Assembly (NCBI GenBank): GCA_902541175.1
Contig: CACBPP010000002.1
Coordinates: forward strand, 117,589-181,588
Direction of reading: 5' to 3'
Length of the DNA stretch: 64,000 nucleotides
Origin: an uncultured SAR86 cluster bacterium
Lineage (GTDB): Bacteria; Pseudomonadota; Gammaproteobacteria; Magnimaribacterales; D2472
Shown: piece by piece, positions 1-9,810 of the stretch
How positions within the stretch are numbered: the first letter of the stretch is position 1
How the letters are laid out: each line of letters opens with the position of its first letter
Notes under the pieces: generated by a model
Databases searched by the model: none
Told to the model about the DNA's origin: nothing
What the model saw: the letters and a program-made list of their open reading frames with translations, nothing else
Position numbers and translations under genes: made by a program

Positions 1-1
1 T

Positions 2-751
2 ATATGTTTAATTTCTTTTTTCATTAATGCGGAGAGATTTGGAGATCCTGGCGAAATAATTGCTATAAAAGCTTCAGGTAATGATGTTGATAAATATTTA
101 ACAGTCGAAATTAATGAATCTTTGTATAAATTGATACCACTGCCATTTGAAAAACAAAATGATTCAATATATGTAGATGGTGAAAAAATAAATATTAATC
201 AAAAAGATTTTGGTGAATCCAGAATTACTATAGAAAACAATTCTATGGTCAATCTTAGTAAAGAAGATTCTGATAGGGCTTTTAAAGAATCTAAAATTAT
301 ACAAAAAGCACTCAATAACTATTCAAAATTTTTAGAGCCTGATTTGAATTTTATGAATCCTGTTGAGGGTATTATCTCAAGCAGATATGGTAAAAAGAGA
401 TATATCAATGATCAACCTAGATCTCCTCACCTGTCTTTGGATATTGCTGCAGCTGAAGGAACAAAAGTTGTGTCTCCTTCAAAAGGTAAAGTAATTTTAG
501 TTGGTGATTTCTTTTATGCGGGAAATTACATAATAATAGATCATGGGTTTGGTCTAATAAGTTCATACAGTCATTTATCGTCAGTCCTTGTTGATGAAAA
601 TGAATTAATTGAAAAAGGGCAAAAAATTGGAGAGATTGGATCAACTGGAAGAGTTACAGGACCTCATTTACATTGGACAGTTTATCTAAATAAAGTAAGA
701 ATCAATCCAGAGTCAATTATTAAGGATAACTTTTTAGAAAGCCTGCTTTAA
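2..751 (+). CDS. M23 (LytM-type) metallopeptidase, 5' end outside the window
   Basis: The reading frame is open from position 2, and the listed TTG at 122 is probably internal. C-terminal LytM motifs are present: HLSLDIAAAEGTKV, IIDHGFG and GSTGRVTGPHLHW. Confidence 0.8.
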   Translation: MCLISFFINAERFGDPGEIIAIKASGNDVDKYLTVEINESLYKLIPLPFEKQNDSIYVDGEKININQKDFGESRITIENNSMVNLSKEDSDRAFKESKIIQKALNNYSKFLEPDLNFMNPVEGIISSRYGKKRYINDQPRSPHLSLDIAAAEGTKVVSPSKGKVILVGDFFYAGNYIIIDHGFGLISSYSHLSSVLVDENELIEKGQKIGEIGSTGRVTGPHLHWTVYLNKVRINPESIIKDNFLESLL

Positions 752-1195
752 ATCCAATAGGATGTCGTTGAGCGCATCTTTTGTTTGTGGTCTAAATAAT
801 GAAAGTGATAATTCGCCATTAGGATTTATGAAAAAAGTAGCAGGTACTGCTGGAGGTGTTTGAATGCCCCAAATATCTCGAGGGTGAGTTACCAAAGAAG
901 GAACTTCTATATTAAACTTTTTTGCAATTGGTGCTAAATCTTCTTGATCGAGTTGATCAAAGTTAAAAGTGAATACAAATATATCTTTATTTTCATGCGC
1001 AAATTCATTAAGTTCTGGAATTTCTTTTATGCAAGGCGCACACCAGTCAGCCCAATAATTTATTACAACCCAGCTACCTTCCAGCTTTGTAAGATTGGTA
1101 TTTGATCCGTTAAATACTTCTATGTCATTTTTTTGACATGCAAAAAGAAGTAACAAACAGAAAAGTTGTATAATTTTAGACTTCATCGCGTACAT
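734..1195 (-). CDS. TlpA/ResA-like thiol:disulfide oxidoreductase lipoprotein
   Basis: It has the thioredoxin-fold motif WADWCAPC (CxxC) and an N-terminal signal with lipobox LLLFAC. The start is ambiguous between 1195 and 1186. Confidence 0.75.
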   Translation of the reverse strand: MYAMKSKIIQLFCLLLLFACQKNDIEVFNGSNTNLTKLEGSWVVINYWADWCAPCIKEIPELNEFAHENKDIFVFTFNFDQLDQEDLAPIAKKFNIEVPSLVTHPRDIWGIQTPPAVPATFFINPNGELSLSLFRPQTKDALNDILLDLKQAF

Positions 1196-1222
1196 AATAT
1201 AATTAAAACTTTAAATGTAAAC

Positions 1223-1819
1223 ATGGAAAATAATTTTTTATTAGTATTATTTTACTCTGCATCTGGATCAGTTAAAAATTTAGCACATGCTATTGCGGAT
1301 GGTATTGAGGATGTTGGCTTGGATGTTCGCCTCAGAACAGTTCCAAAAATATCATCAAACTTAGAACAAATTGAAGGCTATATTCCTGAATCAGGCGAAA
1401 TCTATTGTACCAAGGATGATTTAATTAACTGTAGCGGTCTTGCTTTGGGTTCTCCAACAAGGTTTGGTTCAATTTCATCCCCATTAAAATACTTTTTGGA
1501 CTCTACAGGTGATTTGTGGGCTACAAATGCATTAGAGAATAAACCTGGAATAGCATTTACATCAACAAGCTCTATGCACGGTGGTCAAGAAACAACTCTT
1601 TTTAGTTTAATTACTTTTATGTTACATCATGGAATGGTTGTAGCTGGAACGCCCTACTCTATTGATGAACTAAGTAAAACAAAGTCAGGTGGAACACCTT
1701 ACGGACCCTCTCATGTTGAAAATTTTAATTCCTCAAATGAATTAACAAAAGACGAATATGATATTGCAAAAAAAACTGGATCAAGGCTTGGCAAATTAGT
1801 AATGAAAATTAATGATTAG
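1223..1819 (+). CDS. wrbA: NAD(P)H:quinone oxidoreductase, WrbA-type flavodoxin-like protein
   Basis: The N-terminus LVLFYSASGSVKNLAHAIADG and the length of about 198 aa fit WrbA. I trimmed the start to the ATG at 1223, because the listed ORF start at 1166 overlaps the divergent gene. Confidence 0.75.
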   Translation: MENNFLLVLFYSASGSVKNLAHAIADGIEDVGLDVRLRTVPKISSNLEQIEGYIPESGEIYCTKDDLINCSGLALGSPTRFGSISSPLKYFLDSTGDLWATNALENKPGIAFTSTSSMHGGQETTLFSLITFMLHHGMVVAGTPYSIDELSKTKSGGTPYGPSHVENFNSSNELTKDEYDIAKKTGSRLGKLVMKIND

Positions 1820-2144
1820 TATTTCTAATTACAAACTCCTGTTAAATTTAATCTTTATATGTTTGTTTATTTCAAAATTTTTCAATGTTATTCAACAAAG
1901 AATTGATATATTTATGTACATCTTTTGGGCACTACCTATATTAATTTTTTACATCTTTATAAATAAATTAATAATTAAAGCCTATCAATGGTTTTGTTTT
2001 TTGTTGATCATATACTTTCTATCGTGCTCATTGAGAGTTTTTGGAACAGCCGCATACTGGTTAGATATTTTTGAATTATTTCTTATATGCTCATTATTTA
2101 TTAGCACCATGTATGGACCAAGAATTATAAATAATATGAACTAA
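1812..2144 (+). CDS. small multi-pass membrane protein (DUF2069-like by size and context)
   Basis: The 110 aa product is hydrophobic with 3-4 predicted TM segments. An ATGA-type overlap with the wrbA stop suggests co-translation. The family name is recalled from context, not tested. Confidence 0.5.
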   Translation: MISISNYKLLLNLIFICLFISKFFNVIQQRIDIFMYIFWALPILIFYIFINKLIIKAYQWFCFLLIIYFLSCSLRVFGTAAYWLDIFELFLICSLFISTMYGPRIINNMN

Positions 2145-2203
2145 AATGCGTTTACTTAGTCCAATATATGTCATATCATCATAATCTTTTTTTGGAGTAA
2201 TAA

Positions 2204-4042
2204 ATGAGCAAAGTTCAATCGGTATGGTCAAAAGCGGATAAATTTTTATCTTTATCAAGAAAACTAATTGTCAATACATTTACTGTAATTGTTCTTATAG
2301 TTATAACTTTTACAATAATTGGTGGTATTAGTTCATTTTTTACTAGCGAAGAAAAAATTGAGACTGATGGAAAAATTTTATGGTTTAAACCAATTGGCGT
2401 TGTCGTTGATTCATCTATCGACTCAACTCCATCATTTGATGCTCTGGTTATAGGTGGTACAACTGTCAAACAGCATGAACTAGGCGATCTCATAAAAGTT
2501 TTAAATTCAGCTGCTAAAGATGAAAATCTTTCAGCTGTATATCTAAATGTATCAGAATTAGGTATGTACTATTCATCTGCATTCGAAATTGCTAATGCTG
2601 TTAAAAATATTAGAGATAGTGGAAAAGAAGTAATAGCTTATGCAGAAACTTATGGAAATACTTCATATTTAATAAGTTCTCAGGCTAGTAAAGTTATGAT
2701 TAATGAGTATGGCATGGTTAACGCTGTAGGTTTCTCTAGGAAAAGAGAATTTTACAAAGATCTCTATGAAAATATAAATCTTAACTTCAATATTTTTGTT
2801 GCAGGCGACTTTAAAAGCGGCCCAGAACCCTTTACAAGAAATTCTATGTCAGATGAAGATAAGTTAGCATGGAATGATTTTGCTAATCCTTTGTGGTTAA
2901 AAATGACTAGTATGATGGAATCTGGTAGAGACTTGCCAATAGGCACTATGCAAAAATATGGTGACACACTTTGGGAGATGACTATAGAAAATCCTGAAAC
3001 TGCTGAAATTGCTCTTGAACTTGATTTAGTAGATATGGTTGTTACTAGAGAAGAACTTAGACAATGGATGTTCGAGAAATTTCCTAACGAAGAAAATGAT
3101 AAAAATAAATTTCCTGATTCAATCTCAATATACAAATATTTATCAACTATAGAAGATGTTGAATCGGATTCACAAAATAAAATCGCAATTGTTAATGTTG
3201 AAGGCACTATTGTTACTGGAGAAGCAGCATATAATGTTGCTGGTTCTGACACGATTGTAAAAAATATTAGAGATGCCATAAAAGATGACTCTGTTAAAGC
3301 TTTGGTGTTAAGAGTAAATAGTCCAGGTGGTGATGTTTGGGCTAGTGAATTAATAACGAATGCCTTAAGTGAATTTAAATCATCTGGCAGACCAATAGTT
3401 ACTTCAATGGGAGATATTGCAGCTTCTGGTGGAGTATGGGTAACAACCCTATCTGATGAAATATTGGCAAAAGAAGAAACAATAACTGGATCAATTGGTG
3501 TTTATGGAATAATTCCTACTCTAGACGGTATTTATGAGTGGGCAGGCATTCAAGTTGATGGAGTTTCATCAACAAAGGCAGGAGAATGGGATGAAAGATT
3601 GCCAATGCCAGAATATGTTACTCAAAGCATCCAAGCTAGTGTTGATAATATATATGATAAATTTGTTTCAAAGGTTTCTGATAATAGAGGTATGTCATAT
3701 AGAGAAGTACTATCAATAGCTGGGGGAAGAATTTGGTCTGGTGAAAAAGCATTAAAATTAGGATTAGTAGATAAAATTGGTGATCTTGATGACGCTATAA
3801 AATCAGCGGCTTCTTTTGCAGATCTTGATGATTATAAAATTGTCACATACTCAAAAGAAATGGATCCCTTTGAGATATTTTTAAGTGAACTAATTGATAA
3901 TTTTGGTGGGAAATTAAAACTAAGCAATGAGGCAAGAGTTTTTTCTAGAATTGTTAATTCTCAATACAAATTTATAAATCCTGATAAGAAAATTAATACT
4001 GCAATATATTGTTTTGAGTGTGAATATTTTAATACTAAATAA
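2204..4042 (+). CDS. sppA: signal peptide peptidase SppA, 67K type (tandem S49 domains)
   Basis: It is 612 aa with an N-terminal TM anchor and two S49 repeats. The second repeat carries LRVNSPGGDV and DIAASGG. Confidence 0.85.
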   Translation: MSKVQSVWSKADKFLSLSRKLIVNTFTVIVLIVITFTIIGGISSFFTSEEKIETDGKILWFKPIGVVVDSSIDSTPSFDALVIGGTTVKQHELGDLIKVLNSAAKDENLSAVYLNVSELGMYYSSAFEIANAVKNIRDSGKEVIAYAETYGNTSYLISSQASKVMINEYGMVNAVGFSRKREFYKDLYENINLNFNIFVAGDFKSGPEPFTRNSMSDEDKLAWNDFANPLWLKMTSMMESGRDLPIGTMQKYGDTLWEMTIENPETAEIALELDLVDMVVTREELRQWMFEKFPNEENDKNKFPDSISIYKYLSTIEDVESDSQNKIAIVNVEGTIVTGEAAYNVAGSDTIVKNIRDAIKDDSVKALVLRVNSPGGDVWASELITNALSEFKSSGRPIVTSMGDIAASGGVWVTTLSDEILAKEETITGSIGVYGIIPTLDGIYEWAGIQVDGVSSTKAGEWDERLPMPEYVTQSIQASVDNIYDKFVSKVSDNRGMSYREVLSIAGGRIWSGEKALKLGLVDKIGDLDDAIKSAASFADLDDYKIVTYSKEMDPFEIFLSELIDNFGGKLKLSNEARVFSRIVNSQYKFINPDKKINTAIYCFECEYFNTK

Positions 4043-4712
4043 TTTCTTTTATTAACGGTACTGTTATTTTTCTTTTTAGCTCCATCGACAGCTGATCTAG
4101 TTTACCGATAATCTCAATGAGATCTGACATATTTCTTTTTGTATATGTAACAAGATAATTAATTTCTTTATCTCCCAAATTAATTGATCTAAGTTGAGAG
4201 ACAAATTTTATTGCTTCTGGTAAGTTTGCATCACTAATAGGATAAAGTTCAATATGGTCAATTTTTTTTATTCGTGATCTTAAGTCGTCTAAATCAAAAT
4301 TAATTGATGATGGATTTTTGCATGAAGAAAAAATTAGTCGACAATTTGATGAAAGACAATCATTTATGAGATTAAAAATTCCAACTTCCCAATCTTTATT
4401 TGATGCAATTAAATCAATATCATCCAGGCATATAAGATCTAAACCCTCTAATGAATCTATAAAACCAGTTTCATGCTTAATTGCTTCAGAAATTGGTATG
4501 TAAACTGAAGATTTATTATCAGATGCATAATAATTACATGTAGATTGAAGTAAGAATGACTTTCCAGAGTCTCTAGCTCCATACAAAAAAATGTCATCAT
4601 TATTTTTCAAAGCTAATTTAACTTCTTCATTAGGTGAATCAAAGAAAAAGTCATCAAATGTGAATTTATTCTGTTTGCTCCATGGAAATGTTAATTGTTG
4701 CGGCTTATTCAT
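4035..4712 (-). CDS. hda: DnaA regulatory inactivator Hda
   Basis: It is a DnaA-like AAA+ protein of about 225 aa with N-terminal QLTFPW and Walker A-like LYGARDSGKSFLL. I trimmed the start to MNKPQQ at 4712 to avoid a deep overlap with pgsA. Confidence 0.8.
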   Translation of the reverse strand: MNKPQQLTFPWSKQNKFTFDDFFFDSPNEEVKLALKNNDDIFLYGARDSGKSFLLQSTCNYYASDNKSSVYIPISEAIKHETGFIDSLEGLDLICLDDIDLIASNKDWEVGIFNLINDCLSSNCRLIFSSCKNPSSINFDLDDLRSRIKKIDHIELYPISDANLPEAIKFVSQLRSINLGDKEINYLVTYTKRNMSDLIEIIGKLDQLSMELKRKITVPLIKEII

Positions 4713-5256
4713 TGTGATAAGTCCTAAGATCTTTAATCCAATTATATGTATATACAACTAAACTAAGTACAGTTACAAAAATTATAAATAAATCTAGAGC
4801 AAATAATGCAAAATCTATTTCAAGAATTTCTTTAAGGAAAATAATTGCAATATAGATTATCTGTAAAGTAGTTGTTAACTTACCAAGAAGGTTTGGAGTC
4901 GGTGTATCAGATTCAATAATTGTCATTCGAATCGCTGCTCCTAAAAGGATAGCAACATCTCTGCTAAAAAAAATAACAAAAATATAAAATGGAATAAATT
5001 GATTAAGCCATAATATAAAGATAGATCCTGACAAAAGAATTTTATCTGCAACTGGATCCAAAAGAGTGCCAAGCTCAGTTTGCCAATTCATTTTTCTTGC
5101 AATAAAGCCATCCAATCCATCAGTAACTGAAGCAACAATAAAGTAAATAATGCTTATTTCAAAATTTCCTAAATAAATATTATTTAATATTGGATAGACT
5201 AGAGCTATTCTAATAATAGTAAGTAAGTTAGGAATAAATATAAAATACTTTTTCAT
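4705..5256 (-). CDS. pgsA: CDP-diacylglycerol--glycerol-3-phosphate 3-phosphatidyltransferase
   Basis: The CDP-alcohol phosphatidyltransferase motif is present in DGLDGFIARKMNWQTELGTLLDPVADK, and the protein is multi-TM. Confidence 0.85.
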   Translation of the reverse strand: MKKYFIFIPNLLTIIRIALVYPILNNIYLGNFEISIIYFIVASVTDGLDGFIARKMNWQTELGTLLDPVADKILLSGSIFILWLNQFIPFYIFVIFFSRDVAILLGAAIRMTIIESDTPTPNLLGKLTTTLQIIYIAIIFLKEILEIDFALFALDLFIIFVTVLSLVVYTYNWIKDLRTYHNE

Positions 5257-6272
5257 CTAACAAAGTTAATATTTATCTCAGAATTATCTTTATATTGACT
5301 GACAATCTCAAAAAAATTACTTTCAGATATTTCTTTGGCAATTGAATCAAAGTCACCATAAATGCCTAGTTTGTAAAAAACAGTATCTATATCAAATCTA
5401 CTTACGTCTATGTCTCTTAACCCCACAAGATTCTCAATGACCTTGCGTGATCTTTCATAATCTTGATAAGAATTTATATTTGCTACTGAAATGTTAATTA
5501 CTCCTTTTTTTGATGTATTAATTACGTTTTCTCTGAGCATTTTGTTTATTCTGGTTTTAGTATGATTTTTAAATTGCTCAATAAAAGGATCGATAAAATC
5601 TCTTTCATTTAGTGTCATTTTTATATCACCACCAATCGACCACTGATCAATACCTGTTTTTGATATCTTAACTTTAATTAATTCATCAAAAATATATTTT
5701 TCCTTAATAATATCTTCGATATCAATAAGTTTCTCAAAATTAATTAGTTGATTGACATCGATCAGATCAAGCTCTGGGATTTCAAGAAAAATTCCTCTTA
5801 AAGTTGATTCATTTTTTAAATAGTTTTTTAACAAAACATCTAATTCAGAATTGTTTTGTGAGTTTGTTAAATAATATGGCTCATCATTACCTGAATCAAT
5901 TTCAATTAAAAATAATATTACAGGTCGAGAGCTGCTTAAAACTGGAATAGAAAGCTCTTTAAAAACTTCAATCAATAAATTTTTGTCAAAATCAACTTCT
6001 AAAAAACTCTTATTATCTATATTTTTAATTGAGTAACTTTTGATAAAATTTTTACGTGGATTACCTGCATTAATAATTTTCCATATATTTGATGGTGAAT
6101 CACTGCCGCTTAACCTATAAATCATGGTATTAAAAGAATTATTTAGTGATTTTTCTATTTGTGACACACTTTCGATTGGTTCTAAAACCACAAAAAGTTT
6201 ATCAAACTCCTTTCCAAAGCAAGTATTAGAAAAGATAATAAGGCTTAATAAAGTGTTTTTTAAAAATCTCAT
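5253..6272 (-). CDS. secreted protein of unknown function (DUF2066-like, conserved divergent neighbour of purM)
   Basis: From M12 (MRFLKNTLLSLIIFSNTCFG) there is a signal peptide. The position, divergent from purM and upstream of pgsA/hda, matches Pseudomonas-type synteny. I trimmed the start to 6272 to avoid overlapping the purM start. Confidence 0.55.
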   Translation of the reverse strand: MRFLKNTLLSLIIFSNTCFGKEFDKLFVVLEPIESVSQIEKSLNNSFNTMIYRLSGSDSPSNIWKIINAGNPRKNFIKSYSIKNIDNKSFLEVDFDKNLLIEVFKELSIPVLSSSRPVILFLIEIDSGNDEPYYLTNSQNNSELDVLLKNYLKNESTLRGIFLEIPELDLIDVNQLINFEKLIDIEDIIKEKYIFDELIKVKISKTGIDQWSIGGDIKMTLNERDFIDPFIEQFKNHTKTRINKMLRENVINTSKKGVINISVANINSYQDYERSRKVIENLVGLRDIDVSRFDIDTVFYKLGIYGDFDSIAKEISESNFFEIVSQYKDNSEININFVR

Positions 6273-6298
6273 ATTTTTAGTATATGAAGGTATTCTAA

Positions 6299-7330
6299 AT
6301 GACAAAAGAAATTATAGAAAATGATCCATACAAATCAGCAGGAGTTGATATCGATGCCGGTAACACCCTAGTAGATAAAATTAAAAAAAGTGTTGCTGTA
6401 TCTCACAATAAAAATGTCTTAGATAATATTGGAGGCTTTGCAGGCATGTACGAGCTTGATAAAGATATTGCAAATCCAGTTTTGGTTGCATGCACTGATG
6501 GTGTTGGAACAAAGGTTTCGCTAGCTCAGCAGTACAATGACCTATCAGGTATTGGTCAAGATCTTGTAGCTATGTGTGTGAATGATTTGATTGTATGTGG
6601 AGCAAAACCTCTTTTTTTTCTAGATTATTATGCATCATCTAAGCTCAATGTTAATGAGGCTGCTACTGTTGTAAAAAGCATTTCCAATGCATGTATCGAA
6701 TCTGATTGTGCACTTTTAGGTGGTGAAACTGCTGAAATGCCCGGTCATTATATTAATGATAATTTTGATCTTGCAGGATTTTCAGTTGGATGTGTTAGCA
6801 AGGATAAAATAATTAAAAATGACAATGTCATGTGTGGCAATGTATTGATAGGAATTGAATCAAGCGGTCCGCATTCAAACGGGTTCTCTTTAATAAGAAA
6901 AATCATTAAAGAATCTAAATTAACTGAAAAAGAAAAAACTAAAATAGCTAAAAAATGTCTTAAGCCAACTTTACTTTATCCCAGATTGATTATGGAGTTA
7001 ATTTCAAATTATAAGATTAATTCTCTCTCACATATTACTGGAGGGGGTCTAACAGAAAATCTACCAAGATCTATAACTAATGATCTCTGTGTAGAAATAG
7101 ATACTAGCTCGTGGGAAATGCCAGATATTTTTAAATGGTTGAAAGAAAACGGAAAAATATCTGATAATGATATGTACAGAATATTCAATTGTGGAATAGG
7201 TATGGTGCTTTTTGTTGATGAGGACGAAGTATTAAATATTTCTAAAAGAATAAAAGAATTAGAAATGAATAGTTTCATCATAGGAACGGTCAAAAATAAA
7301 AAGGAAGAATCTTCTGTAATATTTGTCTAA
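6299..7330 (+). CDS. purM: phosphoribosylformylglycinamidine cyclo-ligase (AIR synthetase)
   Basis: Motifs YKSAGVDIDAGN, GGFAGMYEL and ACTDGVGTK are present, and the 343 aa length fits. Confidence 0.95.
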   Translation: MTKEIIENDPYKSAGVDIDAGNTLVDKIKKSVAVSHNKNVLDNIGGFAGMYELDKDIANPVLVACTDGVGTKVSLAQQYNDLSGIGQDLVAMCVNDLIVCGAKPLFFLDYYASSKLNVNEAATVVKSISNACIESDCALLGGETAEMPGHYINDNFDLAGFSVGCVSKDKIIKNDNVMCGNVLIGIESSGPHSNGFSLIRKIIKESKLTEKEKTKIAKKCLKPTLLYPRLIMELISNYKINSLSHITGGGLTENLPRSITNDLCVEIDTSSWEMPDIFKWLKENGKISDNDMYRIFNCGIGMVLFVDEDEVLNISKRIKELEMNSFIIGTVKNKKEESSVIFV

Positions 7331-7339
7331 ATACTTAAA

Positions 7340-7990
7340 ATGAAAAAAATAGTAGTCTTGATATCGGGCAGTGGCTCCAATTTGGAAGCAATTATAGAAT
7401 CATGCACTGCAAAAAAGATAAACGGAAAGGTTATTCATGTAATATCTAACAATCCAGATGCTTTCGGACTTATAAGGGCATCAAAGTTTAATATTGCATC
7501 AAAAGTTATTGATCATAAAAAGTTTTCTTCAAGAATTGATTTTGAAAATTCGTTAGAGGAGTTCTTAGATACACTCAGTCCAGATTTAATCGTTTTAGCA
7601 GGGTTCATGAGAATACTTGGAACTAAAATTACATCTAAATTTTCAAATAAAATGATCAATCTTCATCCTTCTCTTCTTCCTGTGTATCCAGGATTACATA
7701 CTCATGAAAAAGTTCTTGAAAATAAAGATACTCGTCATGGCATTTCAATACATTATGTTTCATCTGAATTAGATGCTGGCCCATTAATTGCTCAAGGATT
7801 TATTGATATAAGTAAAGATGAGACTTTGGAAGATATTATTAAACGTATTCATAAGATTGAACACTTGTTACTACCAGAAGTTATAAATGAAATTTGCAAT
7901 GAAAATATTTATCTAGATAATAACGAAGTTAAATATCGAAATATTAATTTACACAATCAAAAAATAATTAAAAGAAGTTATGAAATCTAA
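7340..7990 (+). CDS. purN: phosphoribosylglycinamide formyltransferase
   Basis: Motifs VLISGSGSNLEAII and INLHPSLLP are present, and the gene directly follows purM. Confidence 0.93.
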   Translation: MKKIVVLISGSGSNLEAIIESCTAKKINGKVIHVISNNPDAFGLIRASKFNIASKVIDHKKFSSRIDFENSLEEFLDTLSPDLIVLAGFMRILGTKITSKFSNKMINLHPSLLPVYPGLHTHEKVLENKDTRHGISIHYVSSELDAGPLIAQGFIDISKDETLEDIIKRIHKIEHLLLPEVINEICNENIYLDNNEVKYRNINLHNQKIIKRSYEI

Positions 7991-8666
7991 TGTAATACGT
8001 TTTCTTTCGGTGATTCTTATATCAATCAATGCGGTTTCGTCTGAAATACCTCCTTATTCAGCAAAATATAATTTTGAATCAGAAGAAATATCAATTTCTG
8101 GAGTAAGAGAATTTTACAAAACTGAAAATGGTCACGAAATGAGATTCAAGGCGTCAAATCTATTTGCAAGTTTATTTTTTTTATCTAAGTTTGAAATTGA
8201 AAATGGGAATGTTATTTCAGATTCGTACGAAATAAAAATCAGACCAAAATTTCTTGATAGAGATCAATACTTAGATTTTGATTATAAGACTATGGAAGTT
8301 CGCTCTGAAGGGATTAACAATTGGGTTGCATCTTTGAAAGATAATTTAGTATATGATCCTTTAAATGTTCAAATAATGATAAGAACAAATGTAAAACATG
8401 GTCTAAAAAATTTCAAAATTAATATTGTGGATATGGAGGAAGGAGGATCGAAATTATACGAATTTAATGTTGTTGGACTTGAGGAATGTATCTTCAATCG
8501 AGAAACATTACAATGCGTTGTACTGGAAAGGTCAAGATTAAATAGTGATAGAAAGGTAACTTATTATCTTGCTGAAGAGCTCGAACACATGTTTATTAAA
8601 ATAATTGATGCAAGTCCTGAAAGGACAAATACATTAAAGCTTTTAGAGGTTTTAAGTCTTGGGTAA
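7980..8666 (+). CDS. secreted protein of unknown function (DUF3108-like, conserved purN neighbour)
   Basis: It has a signal peptide ([14 protein letters not shown]) and overlaps the purN stop by 11 nt. The family call rests on position and composition. Confidence 0.5.
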   Translation: MKSNVIRFLSVILISINAVSSEIPPYSAKYNFESEEISISGVREFYKTENGHEMRFKASNLFASLFFLSKFEIENGNVISDSYEIKIRPKFLDRDQYLDFDYKTMEVRSEGINNWVASLKDNLVYDPLNVQIMIRTNVKHGLKNFKINIVDMEEGGSKLYEFNVVGLEECIFNRETLQCVVLERSRLNSDRKVTYYLAEELEHMFIKIIDASPERTNTLKLLEVLSLG

Positions 8667-9221
8667 AGTAACGCCAGTTTGTCCTTGATATTTTCCATCA
8701 CGATCTTTGTAACTTATCTCACACTCTTCATCTGATTCAAAAAACAGCATTTGAGCTACTCCCTCTCCAGCATAAATTTTTGCAGGAAGATTAGTTGTAT
8801 TTGAGAACTCAAGAGTAACATGACCCTCCCATTCAGGTTCAAGTGGAGTAACGTTTACAATAATTCCACATCTTGCATATGTTGATTTTCCTAAACACAC
8901 AGTGAGAATATTCCTAGGAATTTTAAAGTACTCAACGGTTCTAGCTAAAGCAAAAGAATTTGGAGGAATAACACAAACATCAGAATTAATATCCACAAAA
9001 CTTTTTTCATCAAATGACTTTGGATCGACTATTGCAGAATGAATATTTGTAAAAACTTTAAATTCATTGGAGCATCTAACGTCATATCCATAACTAGAAA
9101 CTCCATAAGAAATTAGTTTATTGCCATCGTTATCAAGCCTAACTTGATTTTTTGAAAATGGATCAATCATATTATGCTCCAGTGACATTTTTTGAATCCA
9201 TTTATCTGATTTAATCGACAT
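8652..9221 (-). CDS. dcd: dCTP deaminase
   Basis: It is 189 aa with MSIKSDKWI at the N-terminus, [10 protein letters not shown], and GKYQGQTG near the C-terminus. Confidence 0.92.
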   Translation of the reverse strand: MSIKSDKWIQKMSLEHNMIDPFSKNQVRLDNDGNKLISYGVSSYGYDVRCSNEFKVFTNIHSAIVDPKSFDEKSFVDINSDVCVIPPNSFALARTVEYFKIPRNILTVCLGKSTYARCGIIVNVTPLEPEWEGHVTLEFSNTTNLPAKIYAGEGVAQMLFFESDEECEISYKDRDGKYQGQTGVTLPKT

Positions 9222-9807
9222 CTATTTGTATCCTTCCTTCTATTGCCCGAGCAATTGTAGTTCCATCAACATACTCTAACTCTCCTCCAATTGGAATACC
9301 ATAAGAAATTCTTGAAACCTTTGCACTTTTTATATGATCTTTTATAAATATTGCTGTTGCATCGCCTTCTACAGTACTACTGGTTGCAAGGATTACTTCT
9401 TTTACTTCATCACTATTAGTAATGTTTATGAGGTCATCAATACCCAAATCTTCCGGTCCAATACCATCAATTGGGGAAAGCCTACCTAATAAAACAAAAT
9501 ATCTACCTCTGAAGCCACCAGTTGATTCAATAGCTAATACATCAGATGGGCTCTCAACAACACAAATACTATTTATATCTCTTGTTGAGTCAGAGCAAAC
9601 TCCACATAAATTATTTGATGTAAGCATTCTACAATTTGAGCATCTTTGAATACTTTCGATGGCATCGGATAGAGTATTTGCTAATATGCTAGCACCATCT
9701 TTATTCCTATCAAGTAAATATAATGCCATTCTTTGAGCAGATTTTTTGCCAACACCAGGTAGGATAGTCAATGCATTTATGAGCTCATTTAATAGATCTT
9801 GATTCAT
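9211..9807 (-). CDS. recR: recombination protein RecR
   Basis: It has an HhH N-terminus ([13 protein letters not shown]), a C4 zinc finger ([16 protein letters not shown]) and a Toprim segment ([14 protein letters not shown]). Confidence 0.95.
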   Translation of the reverse strand: MNQDLLNELINALTILPGVGKKSAQRMALYLLDRNKDGASILANTLSDAIESIQRCSNCRMLTSNNLCGVCSDSTRDINSICVVESPSDVLAIESTGGFRGRYFVLLGRLSPIDGIGPEDLGIDDLINITNSDEVKEVILATSSTVEGDATAIFIKDHIKSAKVSRISYGIPIGGELEYVDGTTIARAIEGRIQIDVD

Positions 9808-9810
9808 TTT

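Noticed and set aside
2764-3279. This is a 171 aa minus-strand ORF inside sppA. It stands for the many other listed antisense ORFs, such as 417-644, 2215-2493, 17665-18066, 33564-33917, 38839-39189, 47765-48052 and 57586-57876.
   Set aside because: All of these are fully embedded antisense to genes with strong family motifs. None has a recognisable domain. I treat them as shadow ORFs.
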